The notes beneath the pieces were generated by a model. That model did not search any database. It saw only the letters and a program-made list of their open reading frames with translations, and had not been told where the DNA came from. This document shows positions 1 to 7,751 of a DNA stretch of 64,000 nt, one piece after another. Position numbers and translations under genes: made by a program. Within the stretch, counting starts at the first letter, position 1, and each line of letters begins with the position of its first letter. Origin of the DNA: a virus (lineage: Duplodnaviria > Caudoviricetes); IMG/VR virus record IMGVR_UViG_3300034062_005355; one strand, given 5' to 3'.

Positions 1-2
1 GA

Positions 3-965
3 GTTCGTCCATTAATTTATACTGTTTACAAAGCATTGGTTAATAACGGTGAAGGAGTTATCTATCCTGTACCATCTTGGAATAACAATCACTATAGTTT
101 TTTACATGGAGCGGTTAAACAAGAAATTGAATGTAAACCTGAGAACTCATTTTTTCCAACAGCGTCAGATATTGACATGGCAATTAATGATAAAACATCT
201 TTAATTTGTATTTGTTCACCACAAAACCCAACAGGTCGTGTAATCAATCCTGAGGTATTAAAGAGTATTTGTGAATTGGTGGTGAATGAAAATAACGTCA
301 GGTCATCACAAGTTGGATCAAGACCCTTGTATTTGTTTTTTGACCAAATCTATTCTGACTTAACTGTTGAGGGTTTATTTGTTCACCCATTAACGTTATG
401 CCCTGAAATCCGTGATTATTTGATTTGTGTGGATGGTATCTCTAAATCACTATGTGCCACAGGTATTAGAGTTGGTTGGATGTTTGGTCCACAAGACATT
501 ATAGGTAAGATGACAGAGATTTTCTCACACATTGGGGCTTGGGCACCAAAACCAGAACAAAACGCAGTTGCAAGGTACCTAAATGATTATGATAATATGG
601 TTGAATTTGTTAATTCAAAAACAAAACAATATTCAGATATTTCAAACAAAATATGTGATAAAATCCAAGAATTAAAAGATAAAGGATTCCGTATTGATTA
701 CCAAAGGCCTGAAGGTGGAATTTATATTTCAATTTATTTGGGTGAGTCTTTATCGTTTCCGACTATTGAAAGTTATATCAAATTTTTAATTAATAGATGT
801 AGTATTGGGTTGGTACCTTTTGAATATTTTGGTTCAAAAGAAAACAAGGGATGGTTTAGAATGTCAATTGGAGGTGTAGACCCAAACAATGTTGAGGAAA
901 TTTTAAATCATCTTAATGTCTTAACCTATGAGTCATTAGAAGAAATTGGTTCTTGGATGATTTAA
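3..965 (+). CDS. PLP-dependent aminotransferase class I/II (aspartate aminotransferase-like), 5'-truncated by the window
   Basis: Frame is open from position 3 (VRPLIYTVYKALVNNGEGVIYPVPSWNNNHY); SPQNPTG, FDQIY and the PLP-lysine motif DGISKSLCATGIRVGW. Confidence 0.9.
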   Translation, partial: VRPLIYTVYKALVNNGEGVIYPVPSWNNNHYSFLHGAVKQEIECKPENSFFPTASDIDMAINDKTSLICICSPQNPTGRVINPEVLKSICELVVNENNVRSSQVGSRPLYLFFDQIYSDLTVEGLFVHPLTLCPEIRDYLICVDGISKSLCATGIRVGWMFGPQDIIGKMTEIFSHIGAWAPKPEQNAVARYLNDYDNMVEFVNSKTKQYSDISNKICDKIQELKDKGFRIDYQRPEGGIYISIYLGESLSFPTIESYIKFLINRCSIGLVPFEYFGSKENKGWFRMSIGGVDPNNVEEILNHLNVLTYESLEEIGSWMI

Positions 966-996
966 AAAATTAATCATCAATAATTGACAAATATGA

Positions 997-1004
997 TATC
1001 TTTG
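997..1004 (+). promoter_or_regulatory. Bacteroidota-type -7 promoter element (TATCTTTG) upstream of the small lipoprotein
   Basis: Matches TAnnTTTG, but no TTG at canonical -33 spacing. Confidence 0.4.
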
Positions 1005-1072
1005 TCTATACTTATTAAATCAATAACGAAACAATTACAAACAATTTATAAATAAAAAAAAAACAAACAATT

Positions 1073-1243
1073 ATGAAACAAATCGTAGCATTATTCGCAA
1101 TCGTAGCATTAGCCTCTTGTGGAAACGGAACATCAACAACTGAAGTTAAATCAACTGATTCTACCGTGGCAACTGTTGATTCAACATTAATAACAGACAC
1201 AACATTTATCGTTGATTCAACCATTTTTGTTGAGACTAAGTAA
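1073..1243 (+). CDS. Small lipoprotein, 56 aa (absent from the ORF track)
   Basis: Hand translation MKQIVALFAIVALASCGNGTSTTEVKSTDSTVATVDSTLITDTTFIVDSTIFVETK*: signal peptide II with lipobox LAS-C, A-rich leader, terminator directly downstream. Confidence 0.8.
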   Translation: MKQIVALFAIVALASCGNGTSTTEVKSTDSTVATVDSTLITDTTFIVDSTIFVETK

Positions 1244-1259
1244 TTAGACCTTAATGAAA

Positions 1260-1289
1260 CAAAAAACCCACCAATTGGTGGGTTTTTTT
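1260..1289. terminator. Bidirectional intrinsic terminator
   Basis: aaaaaacccacc-aatt-ggtgggtttttt between convergent genes. Confidence 0.85.
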
Positions 1290-2382
1290 ATTTTAATAGA
1301 CCTTTAATTCTATTTATATTTTCTTCTATTTTTTTAGGGTCTTTCTTTTCAAAAGATTTTTTTAAATTTCTATATGAATTAATGAAAAGTTTTGAATATT
1401 CGTTTTTACCATATAAATCACTGTCTTTATCCTTTTCTTTATTCTTGTCTTTACCTTTTGATTTTTTTTCTTTATCTGTATTAATATTTTCTCTGTTTTT
1501 ATTTAAATCGTACAAAGTAACTTTAACATCTGAATCTGTTTTACCTATTGTTGTTCCTTTACTAACAGATTGACCCTTTTGAACTAAAGGTGTTGAAATA
1601 CCACAGTATTCTAAATACCCCACGTCACTACCATTATCAAATTTAATAACAATTTGATTATCACAATTTGAATTATAATAACTTGTTATTACACCCTCCA
1701 CAGGACTTTTAATCTTTGAGTTATTTTCTTTTGGTATTACAATTGAACCGTATCTTGATTCTATATTATTACCAAAACTTGAATATACTTTTTCTTCATT
1801 AATCCCAACAGCGTTTAATATGGATTTACCAATTTCTCTTGCGAATGAACCAGCCTTTTCAGTACTTGACGATGTATTGTCTGAAGAAGTTTTTGGTTCC
1901 TCACTTGTAGATGAAGTAATATTTGATATGTGAACGTGGTTATCATGGTTTGGAAATCCAAAAGTTAAAACTGACTTAGGGTTACTTGATCCTTCGGCAT
2001 TTTTGGTATAACCCATTGAAACTAATGCACTAACTAATTTGTCGGCATCAGCTCTATTTGAAGGACTAACGGATTTACCATTAATTATTGCAATATCAAC
2101 AGCGTTTCCTGATGGGTGTCTACTTGCATTACCGCTTTTAGTTTTTTTACCATGGCCACTTACTGCGGTTGTAATATCTACTTTAAGACCAACGGACTTT
2201 GCAGCGACTTGAATATCCCGTAAAAGGGTGGTGTTAATATTGTCAGATGAAGGATTACCATCACCAATACTTTTAAAATCCACGTTATCGTATACATCAA
2301 TGGCTTCAGACACATTCTTATTTTCAAGAATTGTATCATAAAGTGATATTATATCTTTAATTAATTTTGTTTGACTACTCAT
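1288..2382 (-). CDS. Peptidoglycan peptidase-like protein: M15-type Zn domain plus degenerate M23-like domain
   Basis: SRHPSGNAVD (H-x6-D) and HDNHVH; C-terminal IKSPVEGVI...VQKGQSVSKGTTIG is M23-like but lacks Zn ligands. Confidence 0.7.
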   Translation of the reverse strand: MSSQTKLIKDIISLYDTILENKNVSEAIDVYDNVDFKSIGDGNPSSDNINTTLLRDIQVAAKSVGLKVDITTAVSGHGKKTKSGNASRHPSGNAVDIAIINGKSVSPSNRADADKLVSALVSMGYTKNAEGSSNPKSVLTFGFPNHDNHVHISNITSSTSEEPKTSSDNTSSSTEKAGSFAREIGKSILNAVGINEEKVYSSFGNNIESRYGSIVIPKENNSKIKSPVEGVITSYYNSNCDNQIVIKFDNGSDVGYLEYCGISTPLVQKGQSVSKGTTIGKTDSDVKVTLYDLNKNRENINTDKEKKSKGKDKNKEKDKDSDLYGKNEYSKLFINSYRNLKKSFEKKDPKKIEENINRIKGLLK

Positions 2383-2409
2383 ATAATATAAATAGTTTAT
2401 TATAAATAA

Positions 2410-2438
2410 AAAAAAAACCGACTAATTGTCGGTTCTTT
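2410..2438 (-). terminator. Intrinsic terminator
   Basis: aaccgac-taatt-gtcggtt hairpin with a long U tract on the minus strand. Confidence 0.7.
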
Positions 2439-2550
2439 TGGTGTAAGTTAATCTGTTAACTTCAGGTTTAATAACCACATCAGATTTAATTTTTTTAGAT
2501 TTAAATATTAATTTAAAAAAATTTACAAATATTTCTTTTATTTTTTTCAT
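2422..2550 (-). CDS. Small basic hypothetical protein, 42 aa (absent from the ORF track)
   Basis: MKKIKEIFVNFFKLIFKSKKIKSDVVIKPEVNRLTYTKRTDN*; ATG overlaps the pspC stop (ATGA). Confidence 0.45.
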   Translation of the reverse strand: MKKIKEIFVNFFKLIFKSKKIKSDVVIKPEVNRLTYTKRTDN

Positions 2551-2729
2551 ACTATTTTGTTTGGTGTTGATATCCATAGTAATAAATATGTAAAAATGAT
2601 TGGAAATGGTGTAAACATTAAAACAACAAATAAAATCCTAATTAGTGAATCATCAATATTAAAATAATTTCCTAATCCTCCACATACACCACCAATTATT
2701 CCTGAATTTGACCTACATAGTTTTTTCAT
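2547..2729 (-). CDS. pspC: PspC domain membrane protein
   Basis: KKLCRSNSGIIGGVCGGLGNYFNID..LIRILFV followed by a hydrophobic helix. Confidence 0.85.
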   Translation of the reverse strand: MKKLCRSNSGIIGGVCGGLGNYFNIDDSLIRILFVVLMFTPFPIIFTYLLLWISTPNKIV

Positions 2730-2733
2730 AAAT

Positions 2734-2919
2734 TTAATTAAAATTTTTATTATTTAGTTCTTTAATAGTTAAATCATTATTTTTCCAACTTTTCCAATTT
2801 TCAAAATCTTTCAAATCTTCTAATGTTTTTTCATGGACCAAAACAAACCCTTCGGGAGCGATATTAGATAATTTTAACATCGGACCTTCTTTTTTTAAAA
2901 TTTCTTTAATATTAATCAT
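2734..2919 (-). CDS. Hypothetical protein
   Basis: 61-aa ORF packed in operon with neighbours. Confidence 0.6.
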   Translation of the reverse strand: MINIKEILKKEGPMLKLSNIAPEGFVLVHEKTLEDLKDFENWKSWKNNDLTIKELNNKNFN

Positions 2920-3487
2920 TTAAAAATTTGATTACTTTTTCTTTTATTCCCGATTGTTTGATCCCTTCATTACCATTTGGAGTTAAGACAAAGTTATCCA
3001 ACCCCCAATCCTTCCAAGATTCCCCATTTTTACCCATGTTCAAATCATCAATTGAGACCCAATGAGTAATCTCAGGATGGTCATGTAGGTATTGTTTAAT
3101 TTCAATAACTCGACTCATTTCCAAATCCCATTTTGGGTTCCAAACCCAAACATCTTTATTATACCAAGTACAATTACCTAGATTTAATGTAAATGCGATA
3201 GGTTTTTTAATAATCCCTTTGGATTCATAATATTTACCCATCTCTTCAAGAGTTGCAAAATTTTTCCAATCTGATGAAACCACAATTTCTGCTCCTGTTT
3301 CTTCCAAAATTTCGTTAAGGATGTTAATCGCCTTTTGATTGAAATTATCAAAACGATATTCAAGTGGTATTTCATTCATTGAGATGGATGTATTCCGTTC
3401 ACCCCATTTTTTTTGTTTCTTATGTCGACTTCCCCATTCGGTTAATAAACAAATTACACCGTCATGATCTAAAAATATAACTTTCAT
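2912..3487 (-). CDS. HAD-superfamily protein (HAD_SAK_2 / RNA-repair-associated type)
   Basis: KVIFLDHDGV motif I, IVVSSDW motif II, WVSIDD motif IV. Confidence 0.8.
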   Translation of the reverse strand: MKVIFLDHDGVICLLTEWGSRHKKQKKWGERNTSISMNEIPLEYRFDNFNQKAINILNEILEETGAEIVVSSDWKNFATLEEMGKYYESKGIIKKPIAFTLNLGNCTWYNKDVWVWNPKWDLEMSRVIEIKQYLHDHPEITHWVSIDDLNMGKNGESWKDWGLDNFVLTPNGNEGIKQSGIKEKVIKFLND

Positions 3488-3491
3488 AAAG

Positions 3492-3522
3492 CAAAGATAA
3501 GATATTTATACTTAAATACAAA
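3492..3522 (-). promoter_or_regulatory. Bacteroidota housekeeping-sigma promoter
   Basis: Minus strand TTTG-N19-TATCTTTG ending 4 nt before the ATG at 3487. Confidence 0.7.
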
Positions 3523-3560
3523 GCTTAGTCGCATAAATTTTTAATGCACACATATGGACG

Positions 3561-3785
3561 ATGACAGTAGAAAACAAAACTTGGAGGAGGGTATTCCAAG
3601 ACAATTTATCCCAACTATTTCTAATGATAGCACTATTCTTCAATCCTTTTGGGTTCGATGCTGTTCAGTATGGACTAATCTTATGGACAGGAAGTTTATG
3701 GAAAGCCAACTTTGTGTTGTATTGTGTTGCGGTAGTATTTTTTGGATTATATATCTACTTTCGCAGATTATCTAAAAAACCTTAA
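3561..3785 (+). CDS. Small membrane protein
   Basis: Two hydrophobic segments and a basic C-terminus. Confidence 0.65.
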   Translation: MTVENKTWRRVFQDNLSQLFLMIALFFNPFGFDAVQYGLILWTGSLWKANFVLYCVAVVFFGLYIYFRRLSKKP

Positions 3786-5299
3786 AGCTCACTTAATTGT
3801 CCTGATTTGAATGCCTCAAAATTCGGACCTTTTTTCAAATAAAACTGATTACCTTTTTTGTCGTAATCTAATATTCCTGCTAATCTTGCTGAGTTAAATA
3901 ACCCACTTAGTTGTCCTCTAAATGCTGATGGTATCTGCCAATTATTTTGATTTTTATGAGAATAGTATGGTTTTCCGTTAACGTCTTTTTTCTGTAGTGA
4001 ACCTATATCAACTAAAAAATCTAATTTTGTTCCTTTGTTATCTGAGTCTAAATAATCAACTAGTTTTTTAATTAATCCAGAATCTTTTCTTTTAAATGTG
4101 AATCCGTAACTACTTCTATTTGGAGTCCAAGTTGACTTTCCTCCGTGAACTAAAGACATAAATTCAGGAGATTGTTTCATTTTATCAACAACCCTCCTAG
4201 TGATTTGATAGTTTATATCTTCAGATATTTTTTTAATCTCATTATCGGTTTGGAGTTTTGGTATATTATATTCTAAGTTAAAATCTAACTTTTCAATATG
4301 TAAATCAAAGTCAAGAGTGGTATTACTATCATCCCAACTAAATCCGATACTAAGAACTAAAAGAGAGGGGTAGTTAATATCATAATTTAAAACAATCATA
4401 ACCGTATATTGGTCAACATATTCACCATCAATAGAAATGTTCATCTCCATTGCTGCGTGATTTGTCATATCATCATTAATATCTAATGGTAATAATAGAT
4501 TTGGGTTAGAATACTCAATTCCGACTGATTCTTTAGTTTTTAATTCTCCACTCACAGTATATAAACCTTCACTAAAAAGTTTTTCAAATAAATCGTATTT
4601 TGATTTAAGAACACTTTCCTCGTAATTTTTTCTAACCAGCTCAATAACTTTTGGTGCTCCAAGACTAAAAATATCTTGTTCTCTTGAGCTCATTGGAGTG
4701 TCTGTCGCGTCATACCAAGTTTCTGTATTGGGTGTTATATGTATTGCTATCTTATAAAACTTATTTGATTGGTCAAAATTCTTTAATATTATGTAATATA
4801 ATCCCTGGTTACCAATTGTATGGGTTTCAAAATAAGATGATTGACTTTCCATTGCGGTGCACCATCTTGTACCAGCACCATATTTACAAGATGCTCTATA
4901 AGTTAATGGTTTAACTATTAAAATATTCTTATCTTCAAATATTTTTTCCGCTCCTGATGCATCAAACTTATTTAATTGTGATTTTGAAGATGTGATATGT
5001 GACTGTATCGCATTTTTTAATCTATCAAGGTTGTATTGATTAATATCTTTAATTTCTAAAGATTGTTTGAATCTGTCAAAATCTTTAACAAGTTCTATCG
5101 CGTCGTCAATTTCCTCATTGGATGTGTTTGGGTGTAATTCTCGTAATACGAAATCGGCATATTTGAAATTGGTATCTGCTAAATCAGAAATACCTAAAAT
5201 AAAATCCAATGTTTCAGGATATTCTTTAAATTTATTAGAGTATTTTTTTCGTAAATCTTCTTTACGACCTTCTTTTATAAGGATTGGAGTTAATCTCAT
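3782..5299 (-). CDS. Hypothetical protein with SCxYGxxTxWCT motif (paralog of 5913..7727); likely start MRLTP at 5299
   Basis: LIVKPLTYRASCKYGAGTRWCTA; TATTTATA motif 3 nt upstream of the ATG at 5299. Confidence 0.8.
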   Translation of the reverse strand: MRLTPILIKEGRKEDLRKKYSNKFKEYPETLDFILGISDLADTNFKYADFVLRELHPNTSNEEIDDAIELVKDFDRFKQSLEIKDINQYNLDRLKNAIQSHITSSKSQLNKFDASGAEKIFEDKNILIVKPLTYRASCKYGAGTRWCTAMESQSSYFETHTIGNQGLYYIILKNFDQSNKFYKIAIHITPNTETWYDATDTPMSSREQDIFSLGAPKVIELVRKNYEESVLKSKYDLFEKLFSEGLYTVSGELKTKESVGIEYSNPNLLLPLDINDDMTNHAAMEMNISIDGEYVDQYTVMIVLNYDINYPSLLVLSIGFSWDDSNTTLDFDLHIEKLDFNLEYNIPKLQTDNEIKKISEDINYQITRRVVDKMKQSPEFMSLVHGGKSTWTPNRSSYGFTFKRKDSGLIKKLVDYLDSDNKGTKLDFLVDIGSLQKKDVNGKPYYSHKNQNNWQIPSAFRGQLSGLFNSARLAGILDYDKKGNQFYLKKGPNFEAFKSGQLSEL

Positions 5300-5321
5300 A
5301 TATATAAATATATGGGAAACA

Positions 5322-5349
5322 AAAAACCCCATCACAAGGACAGGGTTTT
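5322..5349 (-). terminator. Probable terminator downstream of ssrA
   Basis: Minus strand aaaaccctgtc-cttgt-gatggggttttt (G-U-rich stem plus U tract). Confidence 0.55.
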
Positions 5350-5359
5350 ATGTTAAATG

Positions 5360-5747
5360 TGGAGTAGCGCGGATTCGAACCGCGGTCTTCCCTACTCAAT
5401 AATAAATGACTACACGTTTAGGATAATGTTTGCTAACATTCCAAAATTCACAATTCCCTTATTTTTAAAGTGGTTCGGTTTACTGAGAACTAATCCTCCA
5501 CTTGTTTCTTTTAGGATAGAAACCACACCCTATAGAGATTTATGTTCCAAGGTTAATATCTCCCCGACCTGAATATAGTTTTGCTTACGCTACTTCTACA
5601 AGCTCATCTTGTTTTACAAGACCTAATAGAGCCATTTTGTTTAACACGTTGCCGTATAATTGTTATTACCATAGATTTAAGTGATAGGAAACATCTCACT
5701 ACGTGCCACCGATTACAGACATATGAAATCAATTGCCTTTCTACCCC
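5360..5747 (-). ncRNA. ssrA: tmRNA (one-piece, ~388 nt)
   Basis: 5' GGGGTAG pairs with 3' CTACTCC-A giving an alanyl G3.U70 acceptor stem; T-arm CGCGGTTCGAATCCGCG; internal tag ORF at 5653..5585; CCA not fully encoded. Confidence 0.92.
5585..5653 (-). other. tmRNA proteolysis-tag reading frame (A)GNVLNKMALLGLVKQDELVEVA*
   Basis: AATTATAC-GGC-AAC resembles the canonical resume context; the frame ends in TAA after an Ala codon; resume codon inferred. Confidence 0.7.
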
Positions 5748-5765
5748 ATAAATTAAAGAACTTAA

Positions 5766-5845
5766 AAATCACTTTCGCCCCCTGTATAGACTTTCGTCGG
5801 ATGTTTAAGGTCAGCCTTAACTATTAAGGGAGCCACCCGTGATTT
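5766..5845 (-). ncRNA. Unassigned structured RNA leader upstream of ssrA
   Basis: Closing stem AAATCAC/GTGATTT, stem GGGTG/CATCC, hairpins TTAAGG-CTGA-CCTTAA and GAC-GAAA-GTC, possible pseudoknot CTCCCT/AGGGGG; GC-rich within AT-rich DNA. Confidence 0.6.
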
Positions 5846-5851
5846 GTTGTA

Positions 5852-5882
5852 CAAAGGTAATAATAAATATGGAAATTCCAAA
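5852..5882 (-). promoter_or_regulatory. Bacteroidota promoter driving leader RNA plus ssrA
   Basis: Minus strand TTTG-N19-TACCTTTG; predicted start near 5845. Confidence 0.7.
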
Positions 5883-5912
5883 CAAATATGGTATTTATAA
5901 TAAAAATCAACG

Positions 5913-7727
5913 GTGATAATAATAGAAGGTAAAAAAGAAGATGTTTCAAAACGTCTAAAACAGAGGTTTGAATACGATAGTTCATTCATTGACCGTATGC
6001 TATCTGTAGACCCAACAGGGTACAAATACGTTGATTATATTGCTAAACAACTTGAAAAATTAATCCCACAACTTGCAGGACGAAAGGGTGGTCTTAATAT
6101 AACACAACAAGATGCAATCAAAGACATCTTATCAATGGTTATTCCATGGTTTCATAATAATGTTAATAGAATAACTGAAGACGATATTTGGAAAGCGGAA
6201 ACAATTTTTAGAGAACAAAATGGTATGGTACCAAATATTGAAGGGATTGCCAAATCATTTAAAGACATTGCCCAGTATGAAGATCCTGAGTTTATTAAAA
6301 CTTTGATGGATATTATTGATTCTAAAAAAACCGAAAGAGAAAAAGAAAGGGAGTTAAAGAGTCAGGCTGAGAGATTATATGAAGATGATGATGTATTGGT
6401 GATTAGACCAAAATCATATGCAGCATCATGTTATTATGGTGCAAACACAAAATGGTGTACTGCCGGTAAGGGAAGTTCGGGTTATTATGATAGGTATGCC
6501 AATAGAGGTTTGTTATATTACTTTATTAAGAAAAAAGAAAATAAGAAAATGGCCTTATACAGAAATACAGAAGATAGAACAAATGAAGTCTATAATGCCC
6601 AAGATACTGAAGTAACTGTGAATGATTTAAGAGAGACCTTCCCAAATCAAAATGATTTAATTGACGATTTAATAGGTGTTGGAGAATTTATTAAAACACT
6701 TAGAGAGTTTTCCAAAGGTAAAATTGATTCTCGTGAATTGGAAGATTCTGACGAAGCAATTCTTAAAGTTAAACCTTCAGACCCATTAGGACAAAGTACA
6801 ATTATAATTGATTTTGGAGACGATACAAAATTCTTTAAATCACTAGACATATCTGAAGACGACCAATGGTTTTTAAATGGAATAAATTCACATTATGGTA
6901 GTTATGAATTTATGGATTCATATCAAGTAGAACAAGATTTTAAAGAAGGTTATGTAGTCTATGGTGACCTCAATAAAGAAAATAAGGAAAAGTTAAAAGA
7001 AATTGCCGAATTAATATTACCAGGGGAAGAATTTGATTTGGATAACGACGAATATAGAGTTAGATTATCGGAAACATTATTAAATTTATTTGATGATGAA
7101 ATGGATTGGATTCTTGGTGATTATGTTTCCGAAAAGAATAGTGAGATGCAAACAACCGCTCAAACATCAATTGAAAAAGAAATTAATAGTTTTTTGGAAT
7201 CTATTGGGTTTGTACTTTTTAGAGATTACGACCAAATTGCAACTACCGCAGCCAATTTATTAATGTGGTCCGCAAGATTACAACTACCAAAAATAGATAT
7301 AATATCTTTATTTAATCAAATAATTGAATATTCAGGCACTAGACGACTAGGTGGTTGGTCTGAAGATTCATATGAATATCAAGATTATGATAATTTTGAT
7401 TTAGTATCTTTTAATAACTCTGTTGAACGTCAATTTGAAAAAATTTTAGAAAAACTTGATGAGGATGAAGATGCTGGTGGAGAGAAAATTAAAGAGTTTT
7501 TAGGGTTTAGAGGTAGAATTGTTAAAAAATTTGGATTAAATAAATGGAACAAATTGCCTAGTGATAAAACTGTTTCATTTAAAGTTGAAGGGTTTGACCG
7601 AGAAGAAATGAAAGTTATTATTCGTGTTGAAAAACAATATAAAGGTATGAGACAATTAAAATTGTCTGAAGAAAATTTCAATAATTTATTATATTCCCCA
7701 CAATTATTTGATTTATTTGAAGTTTAA
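5913..7727 (+). CDS. Hypothetical acidic protein with SCxYGxxTxWCT motif (paralog of 3782..5299)
   Basis: VLVIRPKSYAASCYYGANTKWCTAG; GTG start; TATTTATA at 5892-5899. Confidence 0.85.
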   Translation: MIIIEGKKEDVSKRLKQRFEYDSSFIDRMLSVDPTGYKYVDYIAKQLEKLIPQLAGRKGGLNITQQDAIKDILSMVIPWFHNNVNRITEDDIWKAETIFREQNGMVPNIEGIAKSFKDIAQYEDPEFIKTLMDIIDSKKTEREKERELKSQAERLYEDDDVLVIRPKSYAASCYYGANTKWCTAGKGSSGYYDRYANRGLLYYFIKKKENKKMALYRNTEDRTNEVYNAQDTEVTVNDLRETFPNQNDLIDDLIGVGEFIKTLREFSKGKIDSRELEDSDEAILKVKPSDPLGQSTIIIDFGDDTKFFKSLDISEDDQWFLNGINSHYGSYEFMDSYQVEQDFKEGYVVYGDLNKENKEKLKEIAELILPGEEFDLDNDEYRVRLSETLLNLFDDEMDWILGDYVSEKNSEMQTTAQTSIEKEINSFLESIGFVLFRDYDQIATTAANLLMWSARLQLPKIDIISLFNQIIEYSGTRRLGGWSEDSYEYQDYDNFDLVSFNNSVERQFEKILEKLDEDEDAGGEKIKEFLGFRGRIVKKFGLNKWNKLPSDKTVSFKVEGFDREEMKVIIRVEKQYKGMRQLKLSEENFNNLLYSPQLFDLFEV

Positions 7728-7747
7728 GAATAAATTTCTTATATTTG
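7716..7747 (+). promoter_or_regulatory. Bacteroidota promoter
   Basis: TTTG(7716-7719)-N20-TATATTTG(7740-7747), 4 nt before the ATG at 7752. Confidence 0.7.
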
Positions 7748-7751
7748 CTTC

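Noticed and set aside
1015-1224. 69-aa minus-strand ORF
   Set aside because: Antisense to the better-supported lipoprotein ORF 1073..1243.
5360-5390. tRNA-like T-arm and acceptor end (GGTTCGAATCC) suggesting a tRNA gene
   Set aside because: The matching 5' acceptor strand lies ~390 nt away with a tag ORF in between, so it is the tmRNA 3' end; no anticodon arm is present.
5766-5845. Hammerhead, TPP or twister identity for the ssrA leader (CTGA, CGAAA, AGGGGGC segments)
   Set aside because: The CUGANGA core, the TPP UGAGA and the twister L4/T2 elements are missing or out of order; kept as unassigned.
5762-6025. 87-aa minus-strand ORF over the ssrA leader and promoter
   Set aside because: Overlaps the 604-aa gene antisense and the ssrA promoter; no recognisable protein features.
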